Assembly (NCBI GenBank): GCA_965200315.1
Contig: OZ241362.1
Span: 1,984,001-2,048,000, forward strand
Direction: 5' to 3'
Source of the DNA: Candidatus Latescibacterota bacterium
GTDB lineage: Bacteria > Latescibacterota > UBA2968 > UBA8231
DNA: 64,000 nucleotides
Part shown: positions 26,933 through 37,031 of the stretch, piece by piece
How positions within the stretch are numbered: position 1 is the first letter of the stretch
How the letters are laid out: every line of letters starts with the position of its first letter
Program-made: the position numbers and the translations under genes
Notes under the pieces: model-generated
Databases searched by the model: none
What the model was told of the DNA's origin: nothing
Seen by the model: only the letters and a program-made list of their open reading frames with translations

Positions 26933-29900
26933 ATGCCCCCCTTCCCCATCAGCGAAAAATACCTCTCCCAGCTCCCCGCCCTACAACAGCTAATCAACCT
27001 AGGCTACCAATACCTCCCCTCCGCCCAAGCCATGGCAGAACGCGGCGACCGCGCCTCCAACGTCCTCTTGGAAAACATCCTGCGCGACCAGCTTAAAAAA
27101 ATAAACCGCATCCGCTACAAAGGCGGCGAGTATCTATTCAGCGAGGAGAACATTCAGTCTGCCATCCAGAAGCTCAAAACCGTCCACTACGATGGCTTGC
27201 AAAAGACGAACGAAGCGATCTACGACCTGATAACCCTCGGCACGGCACTCGAACAAACGATTGAAGGCGATTCCAAGAGTTTTACGCTGAACTATATCGA
27301 CTGGAAAAATCCCGCCAACAACGCATTTCACGCCGTAGCGGAATTCTCCGTTGAACGCGCCCGCCGTACAGAGACCGCAAAACCCGACATCGTCCTGTTC
27401 GTGAACGGCATCCCCCTAGTCGTGATCGAGTGCAAAGCCCCGGATATAGAGGTGGACCAAGCGGTGTCTCAAATGATCCGCAACCAAGGAGACGAATACA
27501 TCCCGCGGCTTTTCACGTACGCACAAGTGTTACTGGCCGTGAACAAAAACGAGGCCAAATACGCAACAGTGGGCACCGCAAAAGAGTTCTGGAGCGTTTG
27601 GGACGAGTTGGAAGATGCCGAGTGCAACGTGAATGTCTGCATCAATAAAGCGCTTTCCAGTAGGGACAAAGACGCCCTGTTCTCCGGTGAGTTCGCCTCA
27701 GCGCGATCGCACTTTGACGCACTTGAGCGCAGCGGCGACCGACTAGTTACAGAACAGGATCGCGGTCTCTACAGTTTGTGCCGACCCGAGCGCCTGTTGG
27801 AGATAATTTTCGGTTTTATAGTCTTTGACGTGGGCAGCAAAAAAATTGCTCGCTACCAACAGTTCTTTCTGGTCCGTGCCGCCGTGAAGCGCATCAAGCA
27901 AAGCAGGGGCGGTATCGTCTGGCACACGCAAGGTTCTGGAAAGTCCATCACCATGGTCATGCTGGCCCGCGCCCTATCTTTAGACCCGGAGCGGACCAGC
28001 CCGCGAATCATTCTGGTTACAGACCGCAAAGACCTAGACAAACAACTGGGCAATACCTTTGCGGCCTGCGGCTTGGACAAGGAGCGAGCGACATCCGGGC
28101 GCAATCTGATCAGACATATCAAAAAAAGAGTGGGCATCATCACCACCCTGATCAACAAGTTCGACAAGGCACTTTCGGCTGAGAAATACGTGGACGATTC
28201 GGCCGATATCATCGTCCTCGTTGACGAAAGCCACCGCACCAACTTCGGCGCCTTAGCAGCCCGCATGAGACAAATGCTGCCCAATGCCTGCTATATCGGT
28301 TTCACGGGGACGCCGCTGCTCAATAAAGAAAAGAACAGCTTTGCCCGATTTGGCGGTTTGATTGAACCGCATTATTCCGTCCGGCGGGCAATCGAGGACA
28401 AGGCTGTGGTTCCTCTGCTTTACGAAGGACGGCACGTGGAGATGGAGCAGAATCAAGCCGCCCTTGACCTCTGGTTCGCTCGCCACACCGAGGATTTAGC
28501 AGACGAACAAAAAGCAGACCTGAAGCGAAAATACGCACGTGCCCAAGCGTTGAGTAAGACCGATCAAGTCGTCTATATGTGCGCTTTTGATATTAGCAGG
28601 CATTTCCAGACCACTTGGCAGAACACGGGATTTAAGGCGCAGCTTGTCGCAGACAGCAAGGCGACCGCGCTCAAGTATCGCGAATCGCTCAACGAGATAG
28701 GCGCGGTATCATCCGAGGTCATTATCTCTCCGCCGGATACGCGGGAAGGGCATGAGGAAGTAAGCGCGGAGACGACAAGCAAGGTGATCCAGTTCTGGGA
28801 AAAAATGATGGCTCGCTACGGGTCCGAAGATCAATACACCAAGCGAATCATCGCCCAGTTCAAGCGCTCGGACAAACCGGAAATTCTAATCGTCGTGGAT
28901 AAACTCATCACCGGGTTTGATGTGCCGCGCAATACCGTGCTCTATCTGTGCCGCAAGTTGCGCGAACACACGCTGCTGCAAGCGATTGCCCGCGTAAACC
29001 GCCTACACGAGGGCAAGGAGTTCGGCTACATCATCGACTATGCCAATGTGCTGGGCGAACTCGACAAGGCGCTACACACTTATGACGCACTTGCAGGGTT
29101 TGACGGCGACGACCTCGCGGATCTCCTGACCTCCATCCACCGAGAAGTGTCAAAGCTGCCGCAGCGCTACTCAGACCTGTGGAGCGTCTTCAAGGAAATC
29201 AAAAACTCCCGTGATGAAGAACGCTATGAAGTGCTTCTATCTGACGACGCCGTGCGGAGTGAATTTTACGACCGCCTCACTGAATACAGCAAGACTCTTG
29301 CGATAGCCCTTTCAGCCGAGCAGTTCATTATGCAGACTGACGAGACGCAACTAAATCGCTACAAAAACGATCTCAAGCGTTTTCAGAAACTGAGAAAGGC
29401 AGTCCAACTGCGCTACGCCGAAACCATTGATTATCGCGACTACGAGCCCCGGATTAAAAAATTGCTGGATACGCATATTCAGGCCAACGAGGTCACTCGC
29501 TTAAATGATCCTGTGAATATGTTTGACGATAAAACTTTCTCTATGGTCAAAGAGAAGCAAGGCGTCTATCGAGCCAAGACTACGGCGGCAAGGGCCGACA
29601 TTATCGCTCATGCGGTCAAGCGCATCCTTACTGAAAACATGGACAAAGACCCGGCTTTCTACGAGAAGTTCTCCAAGCTCATTCAAGATGCGATTGACCG
29701 TTTCAGGAATCAGCGGCTATCGGCCCTTGACTATTTGCAAAAGGTGAGTGCTATCCGCGATGAGGTCGCCAACACCCAACGCGACGATGTGCCCGACTCT
29801 ATCCGCGATAACGAGGAGGCCAGCGCGTATTTTGGCGTGATCAAACCTTGTCTGACTGAGGTAGGTGCAAGCCGAGTTGACTATGTTGCGGCAAAAACGG

Positions 29901-30121
29901 CGCTTGCCGTCAAAAGCGCACTAGAAAAAAATTGGAAGGTGGATTTTTGGAACGATAGCGACGCGCAAAATGCGGCCAAAAACGAGATGGATGATTTCTT
30001 TTACGACGTGGTAAAAGAGGTGCATGGGGTTGATTTATCGTCGGCACAGATGGACGCAATGATCAGCCAAACCATGAAAATAGCCAAATTCTGGAGACAT
30101 TCTTATAGCAACCCGACGTGA
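26933..30121 (+). CDS. hsdR: type I R-M restriction subunit
   Basis: PDIVLFVNGIPLVVIECK nuclease motif; HTQGSGKS, DESHR, FTGTP, QAIARVNR helicase motifs. Confidence 0.95.
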   Translation: MPPFPISEKYLSQLPALQQLINLGYQYLPSAQAMAERGDRASNVLLENILRDQLKKINRIRYKGGEYLFSEENIQSAIQKLKTVHYDGLQKTNEAIYDLITLGTALEQTIEGDSKSFTLNYIDWKNPANNAFHAVAEFSVERARRTETAKPDIVLFVNGIPLVVIECKAPDIEVDQAVSQMIRNQGDEYIPRLFTYAQVLLAVNKNEAKYATVGTAKEFWSVWDELEDAECNVNVCINKALSSRDKDALFSGEFASARSHFDALERSGDRLVTEQDRGLYSLCRPERLLEIIFGFIVFDVGSKKIARYQQFFLVRAAVKRIKQSRGGIVWHTQGSGKSITMVMLARALSLDPERTSPRIILVTDRKDLDKQLGNTFAACGLDKERATSGRNLIRHIKKRVGIITTLINKFDKALSAEKYVDDSADIIVLVDESHRTNFGALAARMRQMLPNACYIGFTGTPLLNKEKNSFARFGGLIEPHYSVRRAIEDKAVVPLLYEGRHVEMEQNQAALDLWFARHTEDLADEQKADLKRKYARAQALSKTDQVVYMCAFDISRHFQTTWQNTGFKAQLVADSKATALKYRESLNEIGAVSSEVIISPPDTREGHEEVSAETTSKVIQFWEKMMARYGSEDQYTKRIIAQFKRSDKPEILIVVDKLITGFDVPRNTVLYLCRKLREHTLLQAIARVNRLHEGKEFGYIIDYANVLGELDKALHTYDALAGFDGDDLADLLTSIHREVSKLPQRYSDLWSVFKEIKNSRDEERYEVLLSDDAVRSEFYDRLTEYSKTLAIALSAEQFIMQTDETQLNRYKNDLKRFQKLRKAVQLRYAETIDYRDYEPRIKKLLDTHIQANEVTRLNDPVNMFDDKTFSMVKEKQGVYRAKTTAARADIIAHAVKRILTENMDKDPAFYEKFSKLIQDAIDRFRNQRLSALDYLQKVSAIRDEVANTQRDDVPDSIRDNEEASAYFGVIKPCLTEVGASRVDYVAAKTALAVKSALEKNWKVDFWNDSDAQNAAKNEMDDFFYDVVKEVHGVDLSSAQMDAMISQTMKIAKFWRHSYSNPT

Positions 30122-30266
30122 TTTGAACGATTCGAGCGGTGGCTAGTCTTGTGCCTCCTATTCTCCGTCTATCTGCGTCCATCTGCGGTTATCATGATGT
30201 AGGATTGCTATATGACAATCGATGACGACTATCCTGTGCCCATCTGCGGATAATCTAGGAACCACA

Positions 30267-31076
30267 ATGCCAAAAACAAACCGCACCCTCGCGTATGCCG
30301 GCGAATCTATTCCCTTTCACCTGAGTTATTCTAAAAGAAAGACGGTTGAGATCGCCGTTCACCCCGACGGCTCGGTAGTGGTAAAAGCCCCGCTAGGAAC
30401 AAATGAAACCCTTGTCGAAAATTTCGTTTACAAGCGCGTGCGCTGGATAAGACGCCAGCTTCGCCATTTCGCACAGTTTGGACCGCCCACTCCCAAGCGG
30501 CAGTTTGTCGGCGGCGAAAGCCATCTTTATCTCGGCAAACAGTACCGGCTGAAGATAAGGCCGTCTGCAACAGACCAGGTTCTACTAAAGCGCGGCTTCT
30601 TCCACATACAAGCGGTTGACGATACGCCGGAGCACATAGCGATGCTGCTTGAAGCATGGTATCGGAGCAAGGCGGAGGTTTACTTCGCTCAACTATTTGA
30701 AGAATGCTGGCAGATCTTTAGAGGCCCTAACAAAACCCGCGGGGCGATCTTCGCAACGCGGGCATCCCGCCCATGTCATTCCCGCGTAGGCGGGAATCCA
30801 GTTTTATTAGGGCCTCTCAAAAAAGAGGAAGTAGAAAAGCCTGTACTTAAAATCCGCAAGATGAAAACGCTCTGGGGCAGTTTCAGCGTTAAAAGCGGCA
30901 TAACATTGAATCTGGAGCTTATAAAAGCCCCTAGAGCATGTATCGAATATGTCGTTATTCACGAGCTATGCCATTTGCTTCATCTCAATCACGGCCCGGA
31001 GTTTTACAACTTGCTCGAGCAGTTTATCCCCGACTGGATCAAACGAAAACGTCGCCTAGAAACCGTATTGTCTTAG
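30267..31076 (+). CDS. M48/YgjP (DUF45) zinc metallopeptidase-like protein with an in-frame 33-codon insertion
   Basis: GESHLYLG, WGS, YVVIHELCH, HGPEFY; usual position after hsdR. Confidence 0.88.
   Translation: MPKTNRTLAYAGESIPFHLSYSKRKTVEIAVHPDGSVVVKAPLGTNETLVENFVYKRVRWIRRQLRHFAQFGPPTPKRQFVGGESHLYLGKQYRLKIRPSATDQVLLKRGFFHIQAVDDTPEHIAMLLEAWYRSKAEVYFAQLFEECWQIFRGPNKTRGAIFATRASRPCHSRVGGNPVLLGPLKKEEVEKPVLKIRKMKTLWGSFSVKSGITLNLELIKAPRACIEYVVIHELCHLLHLNHGPEFYNLLEQFIPDWIKRKRRLETVLS
30721..30816. mobile_element. 96-bp MITE inside the M48 gene
   Basis: TIRs GAGGCCCTAACAAAAC / GTTTTATTAGGGCCTC; TTA/TCA flanks; internal ATTCCCGCGTAGGCGGGAAT palindrome. Confidence 0.75.
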
Positions 31077-31087
31077 AGACTGTACCC

Positions 31088-31202
31088 CTAAGTACACGAC
31101 AGTAGCGTGGTCTGGGATGCTTCGCTGCGCTCAGCGAAGCGGAGTCGAAGCATCCTAGACCTCCCATGCCTAATGGCCATTGGATTACTGTCGTATACTT
31201 AG
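31088..31202. mobile_element. 115-bp MITE with internal hairpin
   Basis: TIRs CTAAGTACACGACAGTA / TACTGTCGTATACTTAG (16/17); inner stem GGTCTGGGATGCTTCG / CGAAGCATCCTAGACC. Confidence 0.75.
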
Positions 31203-31217
31203 CTATAACCAAACTGA

Positions 31218-31296
31218 ATTCCCGCCCCGTGTCGGGGCACGGGGTGACGTTCTTGCACGGGAATGACACCGGGCGGGCGAGACGCCCGCGCTCCCA
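31218..31296. repeat. adjacent palindromic repeats (ATTCCCG...CGGGAATGAC element and GCGGGCGAGACGCCCGC hairpin)
   Basis: same motifs as in the 30721 element and in the 17658/49027 MITE interiors. Confidence 0.6.
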
Positions 31297-31321
31297 GCAA
31301 GCCCCAGCGGGTTTCTTAGCT

Positions 31322-32263
31322 TCAATAGCCCTTGCGCTTGTCGATTACGCTCACCAACGGCTGCCCCGCCAAGTAGCGCCGCAAATTATCGCAAAACAAC
31401 GCCACGCACCGGCGGTCGCGGTTGGGCGATCCCCCGGCCGTATGCGGCGTTATCAGCACATTGTCCATCCGCCATAGCGGGTGCTCTGCGGGCAGGGGCT
31501 CCTGCGGCACTACATCCAATCCCGCCCCGCCGATCTGCCCGTCGGCAAGTGCCGCTATCAGTGCCTGCTCATCGACAATCCGCCCCCGCGTGACGTTGAT
31601 CAACAGCGCGTGGCTCCGCATCTGCGCAAACGCCTCTTGGTCGAACAACCCCTCAGTCTCCGCAGTCAGCGGCGCACAAATCGCCACCACGTCGGATTGT
31701 TCCAACAGAGAGTGGAATTGATCCATCCCCCAGCAGGCTTCCACTGCTCCCGGCACTTCGACCGCTTCTGGATCCACCGCGATGATCCGCATCCCAAACG
31801 CACTCGCCCGCTTTACCAACTCCCTCCCAGTCCCCCCCAATCCCACAATGCCCATCGTCTGCTCAACCAGTTCCCACGACGCGGCGCGAATCGGCCAGCG
31901 CCGCTCCCAATCTGGATAGCGCACGGCCGTGTGGATCCCCCGCGTCAGCCCGAGCAACAACGCCATTGCATGTTCGGCCAAATGCACTCCCACCCATCCC
32001 TTGGCGCTGCACAACACCACATCGCTGTCGACCAGTTCAGGATGCAATAATCCATCTACCCCCGCGCCCCAACTCTGCATCCACTTGAGCTTTTTCCGCC
32101 GCGCGAACATTTCCTCGCTGATGTGCCCGCAGACGACCTCGATCTCCGGCATAACCTCCAAGGCCGCCTCTGAATCCACCTGCACCACTTCTACTTCCTC
32201 GGCCACCTGCCGAATCTCCTCGATCAACTCCTCGGTTAAATCCATCTGCATCAAGACTTTCAT
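31322..32263 (-). CDS. D-2-hydroxyacid dehydrogenase
   Basis: GAGVD, GIVGLGGTG, INVTRG, LDV..QEP, TPHTAG; RBS GGAGG before ATG32263. Confidence 0.9.
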   Translation of the reverse strand: MKVLMQMDLTEELIEEIRQVAEEVEVVQVDSEAALEVMPEIEVVCGHISEEMFARRKKLKWMQSWGAGVDGLLHPELVDSDVVLCSAKGWVGVHLAEHAMALLLGLTRGIHTAVRYPDWERRWPIRAASWELVEQTMGIVGLGGTGRELVKRASAFGMRIIAVDPEAVEVPGAVEACWGMDQFHSLLEQSDVVAICAPLTAETEGLFDQEAFAQMRSHALLINVTRGRIVDEQALIAALADGQIGGAGLDVVPQEPLPAEHPLWRMDNVLITPHTAGGSPNRDRRCVALFCDNLRRYLAGQPLVSVIDKRKGY

Positions 32264-32350
32264 AAGCCCTCCTTCCCTTGCAATTGTCCGTCCTCGGCGG
32301 TAGGCCCTATTATTTGTTTTTCCCAATTCTACCAACCACGGAAGCAGGTC

Positions 32351-33865
32351 ATGCAAAATCACCTCGTCAAGACCCACCCAGACGGTACGGTCCTCCCGCG
32401 CGAAGAGCAATTGGCTTGGAAGCTGGCCCAGCTCGCCGCCCACAACCAAGCGGCCGACGCGGATGTCGTCGAGATGATCGGCAACCGCGTCATCGACAAC
32501 GCTGCGGTCGCCCTCGCCGCAATCAACCGGCCAGCGGTGCGCAACGCCCGCCTCCTCGCCCTCGGCTACCCCCATCCCCACCACAGCGGCGCCCGCCTCT
32601 TTGGCGTGGCCAACGACCGCAGCTTCCACTGCGAGTGGGCCGCCCTCGCCAACGGCGTGGCCGTGCGCGAACTCGACATGCACGACACCTACCTCGCGGC
32701 CGACTACTCGCATCCCGGCGACACCATCCCCGGCTTGCTCGCGGCCGCCCAGCAAACGGGTGCCGCGGGCCGCGCCCTGACCTTGGGCATACTCACGGCC
32801 TATGAGGTACAGATGGCACTGGTAACGGGCATTTGCCTACACGAGCACAAGATCGACCACGTCGCCCACCTCGCCCCGGCCGTGGCCGCCGGGCTTGGGA
32901 CCATGCTCCAGATGCCAGCCGAGCAAATCTACCAAGCCATCAACCAGAGCCTGCACCTAGCCTGCGCCACCCGCCAGTCGCGCAAAGGAGACATCACCTC
33001 GTGGAAGGCCTACGCCCCAGCCCAAGCCAACAAGATCGCCATCGAAGCGGTGGGCCGGGCGCGTCTCAGCGAGCGAGCACCGTCGCCCATCTACGAGGGA
33101 CGCGACGCCGTCATCGCTTGGATGCTGTCCGGGCCAGATGCCGAATACCGAGTTCCCCTGCCTGAACCGGGCGAGAACATGCGCGCCATCCTGCGCTCCT
33201 ACACCAAGGAACATTCGGCCGAATACCAAGCCCAAGCCCTGATCGATCTCGGCTTCCGGCTCCACGCTCGCCATATAGACTTAAACCAAGTAGAAGACGT
33301 CGTAATCCTCACCAGCCACCACACGCACTACGTGATCGGCACCGGAGCCAACGACCCGCAGAAAATGGACCCGGACGCCTCGCGCGAGACCCTCGACCAC
33401 AGCGCCATGTACATCCTCGCTGTCGCCTGGGAGGACGGCGCTTGGCACCACGTACATTCCTATACCTCGGAGCGCACCCACCGCCCCTCGACCGTCGCGC
33501 TGTGGCACAAGCTCCGCACCGAAGAAGTTGCCGAATGGACCCAAGCCTATCACCATCCCGATCCCGACCACAAGAAGTTCGGTGCCCAAGTCGTGGTGCG
33601 CCTCGCCGACGGCACTCAGATCGCCGAACGCCTCGACAACCCCAACGCCCACTACCTCGGCGAGCGGCCCTTTGCCCGGACGGACTACATCGACAAGCTA
33701 GCCGTATTGACCGAGGGACTCGTAGCGCCAGCCGAGGTTGAGCGCTTTCTGGGACTAGTAGACCGGTTGCCGGACCTGACGCCCGAGGAAGTGGGCCAGC
33801 TCAATCTCGTGGCAGCCGAGGGCATGTTGGAAGACGCCAGCAGCCCCCGCGTAGGCATTTTGTAG
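32351..33865 (+). CDS. prpD: MmgE/PrpD family protein (2-methylcitrate dehydratase-like)
   Basis: [43 protein letters not shown]. Confidence 0.8.
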   Translation: MQNHLVKTHPDGTVLPREEQLAWKLAQLAAHNQAADADVVEMIGNRVIDNAAVALAAINRPAVRNARLLALGYPHPHHSGARLFGVANDRSFHCEWAALANGVAVRELDMHDTYLAADYSHPGDTIPGLLAAAQQTGAAGRALTLGILTAYEVQMALVTGICLHEHKIDHVAHLAPAVAAGLGTMLQMPAEQIYQAINQSLHLACATRQSRKGDITSWKAYAPAQANKIAIEAVGRARLSERAPSPIYEGRDAVIAWMLSGPDAEYRVPLPEPGENMRAILRSYTKEHSAEYQAQALIDLGFRLHARHIDLNQVEDVVILTSHHTHYVIGTGANDPQKMDPDASRETLDHSAMYILAVAWEDGAWHHVHSYTSERTHRPSTVALWHKLRTEEVAEWTQAYHHPDPDHKKFGAQVVVRLADGTQIAERLDNPNAHYLGERPFARTDYIDKLAVLTEGLVAPAEVERFLGLVDRLPDLTPEEVGQLNLVAAEGMLEDASSPRVGIL

Positions 33866-33868
33866 TCA

Positions 33869-35167
33869 TCAAGCCCGCAGCAAGTCTTCGCCTTCTGTGC
33901 GCGCCACCAGCGCCGTGACCACCAGATCGCTGGTCACGTTGACGGCCGTGCGGCACATATCGAGCAAACGATCGACAGCCAAGACAATGGCGATGGCTTC
34001 CACCGGCAGGCCGACCGCGGGCAGGATCAGCGCGATAGCGACCACACCGGCAGCCGGGATGCCCGCCACGCCGATCGACGTGAGCAAGGCGAGCAATACG
34101 ACGATTAGCTGCTCCGCGATGCCAAAATCTATGCCAGACGCGAACGCGTACACTTGGGCAATGAACACCACCACTACGCACTCGTACAGCGCCGTGCCGT
34201 CCATGTTCACCGTCGCCCCCAACGGCAGGACAAAGCTGGTCACGCGGTTGGGGATGCCAGCCTGTTCGGCGCTGTTGATGGTCACCGGCAAGGTCGCCGC
34301 AGACGACGCAGTCGAAAACGCGGTCAATTGCGCCGGCGCAATTTTGGCGTAGTACTGGTATGGACTGATGCCGGCGACCAAGCGCAACAGCAGCGGCAAC
34401 CAGACGGCAAAATGCACCGCCAGCGCCAGCAATACAGTCAGGAAGAACAGGCCCAATGCTTCGAGCGCGGCAAAGCCGGAGACGAGTAACGTCTTACCCA
34501 CCAGCGCAAACGCGCCGATGGGAGCAAACCGCATGATCCACATCGTAACCAAGATCATAAGGTCGTGCAGGCCGACCCAGAACTGCTGTAAGATGTCGCC
34601 TGCCGGCCCGTTCAGCCGCGCCATGAAATACCCAAACACGACCCCGACAAATACCAGCGCCAGCAGTTGAACCTCTAGCGCGGCCGCGAAGATGTTGGAC
34701 GGTATCGCGCGCTTGAGTACCTCGACCAGATCGCGTATGCCGCGCCCCTCTACCTTGTCCATGACTTGCGACGGATCTGGCAGCGCCGTGCCCAGCGCCC
34801 GCGCCGACTCCGTTTCGCCGGGCGCTATGACATTCACGCAAACGAGGCCAGTGAAAACCGACAGGAACCCCGTCGCCACGTAAAAGGCCACCGTCTTCCC
34901 GCCGATGCGTCCAAAGGCGTTCTGGCTCGCCATGTTGCGGACACCAACAATGATCGAAGACAGAATCAGCGGCACCACGATCATCTTCAGCGCGTTGAGG
35001 AACAAGCTGCCAAAGAAATCGAGAATTTCTATGAGCGACGCGCCAAACAGCGTCGTGCGCTCGTCGGCCAGCCACCCCACCAATGCAGCGAGGACCAAGG
35101 CAATGGCGATCTGCCAGTGCAACGAAATGCCGATAAACCGCGAAAGTGCGCTACGCTGGCTCTTCAT
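33869..35167 (-). CDS. dicarboxylate/amino acid:cation symporter (DAACS)
   Basis: [35 protein letters not shown]. Confidence 0.92.
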   Translation of the reverse strand: MKSQRSALSRFIGISLHWQIAIALVLAALVGWLADERTTLFGASLIEILDFFGSLFLNALKMIVVPLILSSIIVGVRNMASQNAFGRIGGKTVAFYVATGFLSVFTGLVCVNVIAPGETESARALGTALPDPSQVMDKVEGRGIRDLVEVLKRAIPSNIFAAALEVQLLALVFVGVVFGYFMARLNGPAGDILQQFWVGLHDLMILVTMWIMRFAPIGAFALVGKTLLVSGFAALEALGLFFLTVLLALAVHFAVWLPLLLRLVAGISPYQYYAKIAPAQLTAFSTASSAATLPVTINSAEQAGIPNRVTSFVLPLGATVNMDGTALYECVVVVFIAQVYAFASGIDFGIAEQLIVVLLALLTSIGVAGIPAAGVVAIALILPAVGLPVEAIAIVLAVDRLLDMCRTAVNVTSDLVVTALVARTEGEDLLRA

Positions 35168-35222
35168 CTATTTCTCCTTTGTAAATGAGTTGATTTTTAT
35201 AACATATTTGTTAATTTTCGGT

Positions 35223-35555
35223 ATGGCTTGGGGAAATCGTTTATTACAACGAGACGTCCAAAGTATCCTGAGTGCTTAGCCCATCGGCATCCGAGCCGTT
35301 TATGCCCGGCTCACAGAGCGAATCTCGGTTTTTGGGCCAAGTTTGGGAATGCCTTTTACACGAGCATTGGGAAATGGTTTATTTGAGATTAGAGCAAAAG
35401 GCAAACAAGGAATAGGAAGTGCGTTTTTCTGTACGGTTGTTGATCAAAAGGTAGTTGTGCTTCATGCCCATATCAAAAAGTCTGAGAAAACACCTCTAAA
35501 AGAACTGGAGCTTGTAAGCAAACGTCAGGAGGAGTTTAAACATGAAAACCCATAA
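35223..35555 (+). pseudogene. degraded RelE/HigB (Gp49-like) toxin
   Basis: C-terminal half GMPFTRALGNGLFEIRAKG...HAHIKKSEKTP is intact; 5' half from ATG35223 is broken by a TAG and probable frameshift. Confidence 0.75.
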
Positions 35556-35832
35556 GGAATTGCTTGACGAATGGATGAAAGACCCTGAATTCGTCGCTGA
35601 ATACGACGCGCTTGCAGATGAGTTCGCCCTCTTTGACGAAATGCTCAAAGCCAGAAATAATGCTGGTTTAACTCAGGCTGATGTTGCCAAAAAAATGGGC
35701 ACCCAAACGCCAGCAGTCGCACGCCTTGAAGCATCGGGACGCCATAAAAAGCACTCCCCTTCTCTTGCAACTCTGCAAAAATACGCAGAAGCTGTTGGCT
35801 GCCGCTTGGACATCCGCCTGATTCCTCGTTAA
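35542..35832 (+). CDS. higA: HigA-like XRE HTH antitoxin
   Basis: AGLTQADVAKKMGTQTPAVARLE...PSLATLQKYAEA; downstream of toxin remnant. Confidence 0.8.
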   Translation: MKTHKELLDEWMKDPEFVAEYDALADEFALFDEMLKARNNAGLTQADVAKKMGTQTPAVARLEASGRHKKHSPSLATLQKYAEAVGCRLDIRLIPR

Positions 35833-35848
35833 ACAAGACTCACTCCCT

Positions 35849-36982
35849 GTGGAGAACGCCACCATGATCTACGACGGACACGCCTATTGCTTCCCACCGC
35901 CAGGCCGCAACGGGGGCTTCGCCGACCCCGCCGAGTTCTGGCGGCACCTGCAACTGTTCATGGCCCAGGCCCGGCAACAGCCCTGCTGGCGACGCCCCGA
36001 CCGCGCCCCGGCCGATGCCACGGGCCTCTACGACCCCGATCGCCCTTGGCACTTCGACGGCCTGCGGGACGCCGCTTTCCGCACCGGGGAGCACGGCCTC
36101 GTCGAGTGGACGGTGGACGGCGAGGACTACGTGAAGCAGGCCCTGCCGCCATGGACAGTGGACTTCGCCTTCCCCGCCGACAGCCTAGTGGCGGAGATGA
36201 ACTACGCCGGCATTGATCGGGCGCTTCTGCACCGCACCCCGTACATGGGTCTGGGCGACGACTACATCGCCGACTGCTGCCAGCGCCACCCGGGGCGGCT
36301 CCAAGGCTTGGCCTACGTGCCCGAATGGTGGTTCCCCAGCCGGACGGACGACGCCGTCGCCAAGTTACAACGGGCGATTCGCCACCACGGCCTGTCGGGC
36401 CTGCAGTTCATGCCCTTTCACCGGGCCCTCTACGACCTCTCGCCCGAGTGGACCGGGCCCGATTTCGATCCTTTGTGGGCGGCCGTGGCCGAGCTGGGGA
36501 TCCCCGTGTTCTTCACCCTCGGTGGGATGAGATCGCCCGCCGCGTACCTCAGCGAGTTGCGCGCGCTGCGCGCTTGGATGGACCGCTTCCCGGACGTCGA
36601 TGTGGTCCTAACCCACGGCTTCCCTTGGCGGATGTTCGCCGACGACGACCGGCTCCACGTGCCCGACGAGGTGTACGAGGCGACGCCCATCGGCCACCCG
36701 CGCTTCCACATCCAAATCCTCTTCGCCGTGTTCCTCCAGTCGCGCTGGGACTACCCCATGCCACAGATGCGGCCCGTCCTAGAGAAGATGGTCGAACGCA
36801 TCGGCACCGAGCGCATTCTGTGGGGGACGGACATCCCCATCGTGCTGCTGCACTGGACCTACCGCCAAAGCCTCGACTATGTGCGGCGCTACTGCCCGTT
36901 CATAGGCGAATCTGCAATGGCGGCGATCCTCGGCGGCAACATGGAACGGCTCTTGGGATCGGTGGATTCGGCCTGTCGCTGA
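35849..36982 (+). CDS. amidohydrolase 2 family protein
   Basis: IYDGHAY, LTHG, ILWGTDIP, ILGGN. Confidence 0.85.
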   Translation: MENATMIYDGHAYCFPPPGRNGGFADPAEFWRHLQLFMAQARQQPCWRRPDRAPADATGLYDPDRPWHFDGLRDAAFRTGEHGLVEWTVDGEDYVKQALPPWTVDFAFPADSLVAEMNYAGIDRALLHRTPYMGLGDDYIADCCQRHPGRLQGLAYVPEWWFPSRTDDAVAKLQRAIRHHGLSGLQFMPFHRALYDLSPEWTGPDFDPLWAAVAELGIPVFFTLGGMRSPAAYLSELRALRAWMDRFPDVDVVLTHGFPWRMFADDDRLHVPDEVYEATPIGHPRFHIQILFAVFLQSRWDYPMPQMRPVLEKMVERIGTERILWGTDIPIVLLHWTYRQSLDYVRRYCPFIGESAMAAILGGNMERLLGSVDSACR

Positions 36983-37031
36983 ATGCGCCGTGCTCGTAGC
37001 TGAGTTCGCCCTTTTTGCTGAAATGCTCAAC

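Noticed and set aside
32264-32755. long N-terminal extension of the dehydrogenase ORF
   Set aside because: Antisense shadow of prpD; the real start has an RBS at 32263.
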